Of a DNA stretch of 64,000 nucleotides, positions 56,700 to 64,000 are shown one piece after another. The notes under the pieces were generated by a model. It did not search any database. It had not been told where the DNA came from and saw nothing but the letters and a program-made list of their open reading frames with translations. The stretch lies in assembly GCA_035288465.1 (NCBI GenBank), contig DATEAH010000006.1, forward strand, positions 27,770-91,769, written 5' to 3'. The translations under genes and the position numbers were made by a program. Each line of letters starts with the position of its first letter. The stretch's first letter is position 1. Origin of the DNA: Patescibacteria group bacterium (GTDB taxonomy: Bacteria > Patescibacteriota > UBA1384 > DATEAH01).

Positions 56700-59322
56700 T
56701 TTCTTTGCCCCCCTTTTTGGAGAGATAAAAAATAGTCCCTAATAAAATCAGCGTTACAATCGAAATAATCTTGGCAAAGTTGTGATTGGGAAGATTTTCG
56801 TATTTTAGTTTAACATTGTTATTGCCGGCGGGCAAATTGAGGGCCATCATACTATCTATATTATAAATTTTTAGAGGCTGACCATTTAAATAAGCTTTCC
56901 AGTGAGGTGAAATCGTATATGAAACAAGGACTGGGGTATTTTTTTCGGCCGTATAATTAAATTCTAAAATACCAGCCTCGGGATCTAAATTCTGGGAAGT
57001 AAATTCAATCTCCGAAATAATTTCAGAGGCAGGATTTAGACTGCCGGTCGTGATACCAGTGAGAAATTTTTGCTCTTTTTGATCGTGAGTTAAGTAGGCA
57101 TGATAAAATAAATTTCCGCCAATAAACCAGACCTTGTGGCCCTCAACATTTTTATAGCCAATTAAATTATATAAACCGCTGTCTTCATTGGTTTGATTTT
57201 TCCAGCGCGCCAGGGTACTATCCAAATTTAAATATTGAGGAAAGCGCCATTCTTTAAGCGGTGTATATTTAGCTTTCCCCAAATCAGTACCGCCAAAATC
57301 TTTGAGTGAAGGAATTTCCAAGGTTTTAGGGAGGGTATCTGCCGGAATATTTTCAGCTAATTCTAATTGCATGGTGGTAGTAGTTTTTTCGAGTGAACTT
57401 TGGACACCCAAAAAAGTTGGTTCGCCCTCAAGTTTTGAATTTTCGATATTGAGCATATCAATCGTGACATTGCCACCGTTTTTCGCATAATCTTGAATTA
57501 ATTTTTCCGCTTTCTGTTTGTTGTGGTATCCAAAACCATATAAAACTAAATTATCAAAATTGCTTAAAAATTCTAAATCATAATCATCAATATAATTTGA
57601 GCCAGCTAAATTTGAATGTGATTGAAAGGCAGCATAGTTATAACCATGCTTGCCAACGACGAGCGTTTTTTGATTTATGGGAATAAGACCATTTGACGGT
57701 TTGTCTTGGTAATATAAGGCGGTAACTGATTCGCCCGGAGCCTCAAAAACCGGTTGATAACCATTTTCTTTGAGCTTGGCCATAAAATTAGGTTTAAGCT
57801 CGGGATTGTTTTGAAAAAAGTTTTCAATATACGATGTCATCACAAAATAACGATCATTAAACAGCGCCATTTTGGAGAAGAAATAATCATAATAATCATT
57901 GTTAAAAGCGTCATTCATCCAAGCAATTTCTTTGTTTAAGCGGGTGATTGAAAAATAATGTCCTTCAGAGTAATACTTGTGATTAACGCTGGGAATTACC
58001 CAGTCAATTTTCCCAATGTTTTTAACGGTGAAAACTCGTCCCTGATTATCAATTTTCTCAAATGCTTGATTGAGTTTGGGGAAAATATTTTCAAATGGTT
58101 GTACCCAAATTCGATTAATAAAAGGATGTTGGTAGTGGAAATTTAAAATGCTAAGACCGGCAACCAAAGGGATAGCAAGAATCGAAATAGAAATTCTTAG
58201 CCAGGGTTTTAGTTTGGGAAATTCGAAAAAGGTAGTTCCCCAATAAAGCATCACCACGCAAATCCAGGTTAAAGCCGCATAAGGAAAGACCCAAGTTAAT
58301 AATTTATAGATTGGCAAACTCCAAGGGGTAGTGAGATAAAAAGCAAATAGGACCGAAGCCAGAAGCGCCCAATCTTTCGGAGTGCGCCGGCGTAAAAATA
58401 CAAATAAACCTGAAATTATGACCAAAGCGCCGCCGCTTAAAACGATTAATTCTAGAAATGACCCTGCCCCAATTTCAGAGTGGAAGGTAACGGTGGTAAT
58501 GGCCGGATAAGTATAATTTGCAGGTTCAGCAAGGAAAGGGATCGCCCACCAGGCAATTAATCCACAAGCAGTCAGAAAAGCCATCCCCCATATTTCTAAT
58601 TTTCTAAAAGTAATTTCGGAATCGAACAAGACGCGTGCTACCACATAAATAATTAAAAAAGCGAGTGAGTTGATGGCAGTAATTGGATGAGCCACAATCA
58701 TGGAGGCGATAATTATGGTCAAAATCAGGAAATTTCGAAAGCGGAACTTCTGTTCTAAGATTAGATCTGTGTAATAGAAAGCTAGGGGCAGGAGGATAAA
58801 AGGGGTGACGCGAGTGACTGAAGTTCGGGCGAGGTAAAAAATTCCCGGTACAAAAGGATAAATTATACCACCGATAATCGCCGCCCTAATATTATTTTTT
58901 TTATATAGGAAGAAAAACATTGACAGACCGGCTGATAATAAAAGTAGCAAAGAAAAAATTCGGTTAGTATAATAAATATCTTTGACTAAGTGATAGATGA
59001 TGGCGATCGGAATATAGTCTAAAAATGGGGTATGGTGTAAAGTTTCAATACCATTATACCAATAAGGATTAATGACCGGAAAACGATGATTAATTTTATA
59101 ATATTCATAAACATATTTTGGAATAAACATATGAGCGGCTTCGTCGCCACCTCGCATCATTCCCTCGGCAAAGAAGTTGGGAGAAAAAAGATAAAAAATC
59201 ACTCCCAAAACAAGCGCAACTGCCCCAATTAATACTATCCAGTGCCAAAAAGTTTTTTTAAACATTATATTTCTCCATCTATTTTTGTTCTTTAAGATTA
59301 TAATCCTGATTAATTCCGTCAA
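56692..59322 (-). CDS. Large polytopic GT-C-like membrane protein (YfhO/ArnT-like)
   Basis: An 876 aa protein with more than 12 TM helices in the N-terminal 450 aa, then a large extracytoplasmic domain and a C-terminal TM. The call rests on topology and context. Confidence 0.4.
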   Translation of the reverse strand: MTELIRIIILKNKNRWRNIMFKKTFWHWIVLIGAVALVLGVIFYLFSPNFFAEGMMRGGDEAAHMFIPKYVYEYYKINHRFPVINPYWYNGIETLHHTPFLDYIPIAIIYHLVKDIYYTNRIFSLLLLLSAGLSMFFFLYKKNNIRAAIIGGIIYPFVPGIFYLARTSVTRVTPFILLPLAFYYTDLILEQKFRFRNFLILTIIIASMIVAHPITAINSLAFLIIYVVARVLFDSEITFRKLEIWGMAFLTACGLIAWWAIPFLAEPANYTYPAITTVTFHSEIGAGSFLELIVLSGGALVIISGLFVFLRRRTPKDWALLASVLFAFYLTTPWSLPIYKLLTWVFPYAALTWICVVMLYWGTTFFEFPKLKPWLRISISILAIPLVAGLSILNFHYQHPFINRIWVQPFENIFPKLNQAFEKIDNQGRVFTVKNIGKIDWVIPSVNHKYYSEGHYFSITRLNKEIAWMNDAFNNDYYDYFFSKMALFNDRYFVMTSYIENFFQNNPELKPNFMAKLKENGYQPVFEAPGESVTALYYQDKPSNGLIPINQKTLVVGKHGYNYAAFQSHSNLAGSNYIDDYDLEFLSNFDNLVLYGFGYHNKQKAEKLIQDYAKNGGNVTIDMLNIENSKLEGEPTFLGVQSSLEKTTTTMQLELAENIPADTLPKTLEIPSLKDFGGTDLGKAKYTPLKEWRFPQYLNLDSTLARWKNQTNEDSGLYNLIGYKNVEGHKVWFIGGNLFYHAYLTHDQKEQKFLTGITTGSLNPASEIISEIEFTSQNLDPEAGILEFNYTAEKNTPVLVSYTISPHWKAYLNGQPLKIYNIDSMMALNLPAGNNNVKLKYENLPNHNFAKIISIVTLILLGTIFYLSKKGGKENV

Positions 59323-61006
59323 GCCTTAAGGCTTCTTTTTTGAAGTTAATGGCATTATTTTTATTATTATTTTGTGCGGTTGGGTTTCCAAAATTCGCTT
59401 CGGCGCCGAAACTATCTAATTCAGGGATTTTTTCCTCATATACGATATCAGAAGATGGTTTTTGGCCAGTCACAAATTGAAGAAGATTGCTGCCAAGGGC
59501 GGAAATCTTTTGTTGGCCGGTACTAATGGTGCCTTGATAATCTTTTATGGACTTAACCGGATTAACTGGTGTGGTCCAAGCCTGAGGTTCTTTTAAGACT
59601 TCCAAATATCCCGCAAAGCGGAAGAAGAAAGTAATGATTCTGAACAAGGGCATGACAAGATTATAGTGATAGCTTTTTTTAATTTTTTTCCGAGTTTCTG
59701 AATCAGCCACCACATAACAATATAAAGAATTGAAACAATCCATCACAATATAAAAAATATACATTAACAAAATGGCTTTAATGATTAATGTGGTGGAATA
59801 ACCGAAAAGGAAGAAAAGCGGCAGTAAAAACATCCAAATAATACGAGGGAAACCAAAGGTGTGGTCGATCATCAACTGCAAGCCTAACCAGAAATTACGC
59901 CAAAAACCCTTGGTTAAGTTGGCATACCAATCAAGGTGAGTACCAACCACTTCAATTTGGCCGCGATGCCAGCGCGCGCGTTGGGCATAAAATCGTTCGT
60001 AGGAAATAACTGGCTTTAAAAAGGCTTTGGCTTCTTCGGCAAAACCTAAGCGGACATTTTGCCGTTGCAGATCAAGGGTTAAATCCGTATCTTCGGAAAC
60101 GGTTCGGCTACTATAAAGGTTAGTTTTCATTAAAACCTCGCGCCTAAAAGCGGAAAAAGCCCCGGAAAAAGTATACATTGAGCCGGTAATATCTTGAAAT
60201 TGTCGTCCCAGCCTAAATGAGGTTAAGTATTCTAAAAATTGGCACTTGGCTAAAACTTTTTCTTTAAGGGTTAATTTTCTGGAGACATAATGGCCGTTTT
60301 CATCTAAAATATATTGACCTTGTGCATTCTTGCGGTAAATTAAATTCCAATCAATTTCAATATTGCCGGTGGCAGCGCCATATTTGGGATTTTCGACAAA
60401 TTTTGCCACCATATTATAAATCGCGTCTGGCGCCAAAAAGGAACGACAATCGATATTGATAATAATTCCGCCCTGAGACAATTTAATGCCGGCGTTTAAA
60501 GCCCTGGCTTTGCCTTTTTCGTATCTGACAACCAACCTAAGTAAGCCGCCAAAACCATCTGCCTGATATGTTTTGCCATTTACTTTGATCTTGCCGTTAA
60601 GATGATGGTTGAGGTTTTTAAAAGTGACGGCTTGATGTAATTTATTATGGCCGTTTTTATTCAACCAAATCTCGCGCATATGGTCTTTGACAATTTCCGA
60701 GGTTTGGTCGGTCGAGCCATTATCAACCACAATAATTTCCATTTTTTCTTGGGGATAAGTTTGAATTTTAAGGTAATTGAGGCATTCGTTGATGTTGTCT
60801 TCTTCGTTATAAGTTGGAATAATAATTGAGACCTTTGGCAGAGTCGCGGGATCAATAGGACGAATGATTCGTTTTGCTCTTTTGGTAATAATGTGAATCA
60901 TATAAATTAAAGCTAAAAATCCATCAAAAATGATCGGAATGATGATCCAGACTCCCCAAAAGATGGCCAAAATAAAGAGATTATTATTCATTCGTTTTGT
61001 CCTCAA
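59279..61006 (-). CDS. Processive family 2 glycosyltransferase (cellulose/chitin/PNAG synthase-like) with TM segments
   Basis: VSIIIPTYNEEDNI, D,D,D motifs and QRARWHRGQ (QxxRW), with N- and C-terminal TM helices. Confidence 0.75.
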   Translation of the reverse strand: MRTKRMNNNLFILAIFWGVWIIIPIIFDGFLALIYMIHIITKRAKRIIRPIDPATLPKVSIIIPTYNEEDNINECLNYLKIQTYPQEKMEIIVVDNGSTDQTSEIVKDHMREIWLNKNGHNKLHQAVTFKNLNHHLNGKIKVNGKTYQADGFGGLLRLVVRYEKGKARALNAGIKLSQGGIIINIDCRSFLAPDAIYNMVAKFVENPKYGAATGNIEIDWNLIYRKNAQGQYILDENGHYVSRKLTLKEKVLAKCQFLEYLTSFRLGRQFQDITGSMYTFSGAFSAFRREVLMKTNLYSSRTVSEDTDLTLDLQRQNVRLGFAEEAKAFLKPVISYERFYAQRARWHRGQIEVVGTHLDWYANLTKGFWRNFWLGLQLMIDHTFGFPRIIWMFLLPLFFLFGYSTTLIIKAILLMYIFYIVMDCFNSLYCYVVADSETRKKIKKSYHYNLVMPLFRIITFFFRFAGYLEVLKEPQAWTTPVNPVKSIKDYQGTISTGQQKISALGSNLLQFVTGQKPSSDIVYEEKIPELDSFGAEANFGNPTAQNNNKNNAINFKKEALRLDGINQDYNLKEQK

Positions 61007-62162
61007 TTATATTGATGGTGTAATTTGCCCGATGGCCAGAAAGATTTTTATATCTGATGGTGATAATATCGTCTGGTTGAACCTTAAGCGGTTTTTCAAA
61101 AACATTTTGATTATTTATCAATTCGCTTTCTGAACTCGTTGAAAGAGAAGTGAATTTTTGCAGAATGCCATTTTTGTATAACTCAATCCGAATCGGCTGG
61201 TCGCCGTGGATAATTTGCAGATTGATTTTGGTAGTTGATCCGGCCATAAAGCCGAAATCAATGGCTTTCCAAGCGCGCAATCTTTCGATGACAAATTGAT
61301 CTAATATAATAGGTGCTTTTTCACCTAAAATATCCCCTTGATTCTGGTTTGATGGCAGTGGCGTTGGAGTTTCAATTCCAGTTTCATCTTTATATATGAT
61401 AGGTCTATTGACGCGGGCAACTGGGGCAAAGGCTTTTTGCCAATCTTTTGAGGCAATAAAGCTATAAACGCCGGCTAAAACAACCACGACAATGACTGCT
61501 ATTTGAGTATACGCATGTCGAAGCTGTAAAGATCGGCCTGGCTGGGCGGTTTTATTGATGGGAACATCATTTTCAATACTATCACCAACAGATTTAACTG
61601 TGGTTTTGGTGATAATATACCAATAGAGAAGCAGTTCGCAGATAAAGAAGAAAATACGAGCCACGCCAGCATGAGCTAAGAAAATATAGTTTGATCCAAA
61701 CCGGTAAGCGATGATGACGATAATCATCAAGCGAAGAATATTAATCACATAAGTGACGACGAGGGCAAAAACAGATCTAAGGATTTTTTGTTTCCAGTCA
61801 AAAAGTGGATAAAAGATAATTAAGGCAAAAGCAATTGATGATTCCAAAATTGCCGAACATTCAATGCCCAACTTGAGAATGTCGGATCCTCCCACTGGCC
61901 GGATTAGCTGGAATCGGCCTGAAGAAAGCAGTTCAGTTTGGAATTTAAAGAGGTTTTTGGAAATTAGTTCCACATGGAAACTTGCCATATTAACTAAGGT
62001 TTGGTCAAAGCCGAAATATTCAGCTAACAGCACGATCATGATCGTCAAGCCAAAAGCGGCGATAAGGTAATAGAAAAGCCACTGACGATGCTGTCTAAAC
62101 AACAGCACTAAAGTCAGCCAGATGGGGAAGATGATGATTGTGGCTAACAATCGACTTTCCAT
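60984..62162 (-). CDS. Exosortase/archaeosortase-family protein with a roughly 190 aa C-terminal extracytoplasmic domain
   Basis: A multi-TM N-terminal half with a Cys motif GIECSAILES and NILRLMIIVIIAYR, resembling exosortase catalytic Cys/Arg/Asn motifs. Confidence 0.4.
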   Translation of the reverse strand: MESRLLATIIIFPIWLTLVLLFRQHRQWLFYYLIAAFGLTIMIVLLAEYFGFDQTLVNMASFHVELISKNLFKFQTELLSSGRFQLIRPVGGSDILKLGIECSAILESSIAFALIIFYPLFDWKQKILRSVFALVVTYVINILRLMIIVIIAYRFGSNYIFLAHAGVARIFFFICELLLYWYIITKTTVKSVGDSIENDVPINKTAQPGRSLQLRHAYTQIAVIVVVVLAGVYSFIASKDWQKAFAPVARVNRPIIYKDETGIETPTPLPSNQNQGDILGEKAPIILDQFVIERLRAWKAIDFGFMAGSTTKINLQIIHGDQPIRIELYKNGILQKFTSLSTSSESELINNQNVFEKPLKVQPDDIITIRYKNLSGHRANYTINIIEDKTNE

Positions 62163-63935
62163 TTATTTCCTTTTTTCTCGAGATGTAATCCCATCAATCG
62201 ACCTTCGGGGTAAATTTTGATGGGTTTTGTCTGGGGCAAGCGGGGCAGAATTTTTAGGCGGAATCAGGGTATTTTTTGGATCAGATTTTTTCTCTTTTTT
62301 AAGTTTAATTACACCCATTTTTACTCCTAGAAAAACGGCTGAACCAACCAAGATTAGGAATAATATTTCAGTTAAAGTCGGGATTGAAGTGAAAGTCACC
62401 GATTTTTCATAATAGATGTTATAGGCATAACTCGTGCTATCCCACCAGCGTGTCCATATCGTATAAGTCGTGTTTGAGGGGAAATTAGTATTAACACAGG
62501 TCCAGTTGTCATTGGCGCTGCCGCTGGCGGCCGTATCAACATTGGTATTTTGATGGGTATAATTGCCTGAAGCCCAAGACGCAGAACCAGCGCAGCCATT
62601 GGTAATGTAGGTTTCGCCGGCGTCAGGTTGGCCGTCCGCGTCGCCATCTATAAAGATGACCGCATCAATATATTTATCGTTTAAAGCGGTGCTGGCATGA
62701 TAATTGTTAACCGTGGTGGAGACAGAAATGGTTTCGCCCAGAGTCGGATAGCTTCCGGCGTCAGTGGATAAAGTCGTGGTGACGGTTTGCTTTTTAGCGA
62801 TGACAACATTGGTGTAAGGAGGAAGATTAGTGTTGGTGCCGTCGGCTAAAGTGAGCGTTGTCGGGTGTGCGTGGCCGGGAATAGTGCCCGAGCCAGAGCC
62901 GCCGACATCACTGGCGCTGGTAGAAGAAGTAGCGTTTATGTCGATATGCGAGTGTTGGTTGGCGCCACCGGTGCTACCATATGAGCCGGTAGGGCTTAAT
63001 AATTTCTGATAAAATGGTCCGCCTGAATCCGAGAGCCGCGTCCAGCCGGCAACAGAAAAACCAACTGAACTATCAGTATCGTCGAACATTGCAATCATCC
63101 CGTTGGGAATGGCGGTGTTGGCGGTGGCTTTGCCCAGGATAATGGTGATGTACGGCGGTTGAGTACCGGGCGCACTAGAAGTGCCCGAGGCGGTATGAGT
63201 GTGATTAGCTAAAGAAGAGCGGTTGGCGGTTGATCCTGATGCGGCAATGGTGCCGGCCACACCGGTTAAAGTTGCCGAAACTGAATGGCTGGTGCCTTGA
63301 TGAGCATCGCTCCCCCCAACGCCACCAGCGCTGGAGTTGCCTCGAATATAACGAAAGCCACCAGTAAAATAACCGGAAACATCCGACCAATTGGCACCGG
63401 GCACCGCGGCGTCAAAAATGGCAATTGCACCCGAAGGAATTGCCGAGTTGCCATTGGGGATGCCAGTGTTTTTAATGACGCAGAGATTTCTATAGGTGGG
63501 CAAATTGCTGATATTGCTGACACTATCAACTGTCACCGGATGGGTATGAGTATCGCTGTTATGGGTACTGCCCGCCGCGGTCTTTCGGTCAGTAGCGGTG
63601 GCGGCGGTACTGCTTCCTGTTCCGCTGTGGGTATGGGTTAAGGCACCGCCGGCGTTTCTGGCATAGCTTGAATTGCCTCTGGGGAAAAGACCGCCATTGG
63701 TTGCATCATAAAATTCTTCACCATCAGCATCAGAAACAACTGACCAGCCAGTTGGTGGAGAGGTACAATCGTCATTCCAGAAAAGCAGCATGTGGTCTGA
63801 GGCATCAACCGCTTTGGCAGGCTTTACAAAAGTGAAAAGATTTAAAATATTGGCAAAAATTGTTATGACCAAAAACACGGCAATTATTTTAGTAATTCTG
63901 ATGGCTCGAATTTTATTGGTAATATTTTTAGCCAT
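62163..63935 (-). CDS. Thr/Ser/Gly-rich cell-surface protein with signal peptide and an IPTL-type C-terminal TM anchor
   Basis: A signal peptide, a long T/S/G/A-rich region with HTH/HxH repeats, then FTSIPTLTEILFLILVGSAVFLGVKMGVIKLKKEKK (IPTL + TM + basic cluster), followed by a roughly 40 aa tail. Confidence 0.45.
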   Translation of the reverse strand: MAKNITNKIRAIRITKIIAVFLVITIFANILNLFTFVKPAKAVDASDHMLLFWNDDCTSPPTGWSVVSDADGEEFYDATNGGLFPRGNSSYARNAGGALTHTHSGTGSSTAATATDRKTAAGSTHNSDTHTHPVTVDSVSNISNLPTYRNLCVIKNTGIPNGNSAIPSGAIAIFDAAVPGANWSDVSGYFTGGFRYIRGNSSAGGVGGSDAHQGTSHSVSATLTGVAGTIAASGSTANRSSLANHTHTASGTSSAPGTQPPYITIILGKATANTAIPNGMIAMFDDTDSSVGFSVAGWTRLSDSGGPFYQKLLSPTGSYGSTGGANQHSHIDINATSSTSASDVGGSGSGTIPGHAHPTTLTLADGTNTNLPPYTNVVIAKKQTVTTTLSTDAGSYPTLGETISVSTTVNNYHASTALNDKYIDAVIFIDGDADGQPDAGETYITNGCAGSASWASGNYTHQNTNVDTAASGSANDNWTCVNTNFPSNTTYTIWTRWWDSTSYAYNIYYEKSVTFTSIPTLTEILFLILVGSAVFLGVKMGVIKLKKEKKSDPKNTLIPPKNSAPLAPDKTHQNLPRRSIDGITSREKRK

Positions 63936-64000
63936 ATCTAAACCTCGCTCTTTCTGAGAAAGTCTTCAAAATCTTTTTCTCTAACACGATAAAACTTACC

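Overview
This is a low-GC, gene-dense bacterial chromosomal segment with frequent GTG/TTG starts and GGAGGGG-type ribosome-binding sites. The gene content suggests a CPR/Patescibacteria-type genome: reduced housekeeping genes, a FemX-like and a MurE-like peptidoglycan gene, a DciA-like gene, both type IV pilus and type IV secretion components, and a bS20 with a histone-like tail. The window spans the replication-origin neighbourhood, with rpmH-rnpA-yidD-yidC-jag running divergently from dnaA-dnaN-recF-dciA and DnaA-box clusters on both sides of dnaA. Housekeeping genes include polA, holA, tsaD, valS, rpsT, lepB, galU, hsp20, comFC and two tRNA-Ser genes. I see five accessory or unusual systems. 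(1) A roughly 17 kb T4SS-like cluster at 19.7-36.5 kb with a split VirB4 ATPase, VirB6-like and VirB3-like membrane proteins, a VirB1-like SLT+M23 hydrolase, an M15 repeat protein, a PEGA/TolB-like protein, and three paralogous Avd-like four-helix-bundle genes interspersed; four tandem VirB2-like pilin paralogs lie next to pilB on the other side of the origin. (2) A family of AT-rich palindromic MITE-like intergenic repeats, one copy of which sits in-frame inside valS. (3) A conserved structured leader element ending in GGAGTGCAGGAGGGG upstream of lepB, a TPR gene, pilB and a solute-binding protein gene. (4) A roughly 12.7 kb minus-strand envelope-glycosylation operon with two paralogous B12-binding radical SAM enzymes, GtrA/GT2/YfhO-like components, a processive GT2, an exosortase-like protein and a surface protein carrying an IPTL-type C-terminal anchor. 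(5) A putative restriction-modification gene pair at the left edge. All calls rest on motifs read directly from the supplied translations and DNA; no database searches were run.
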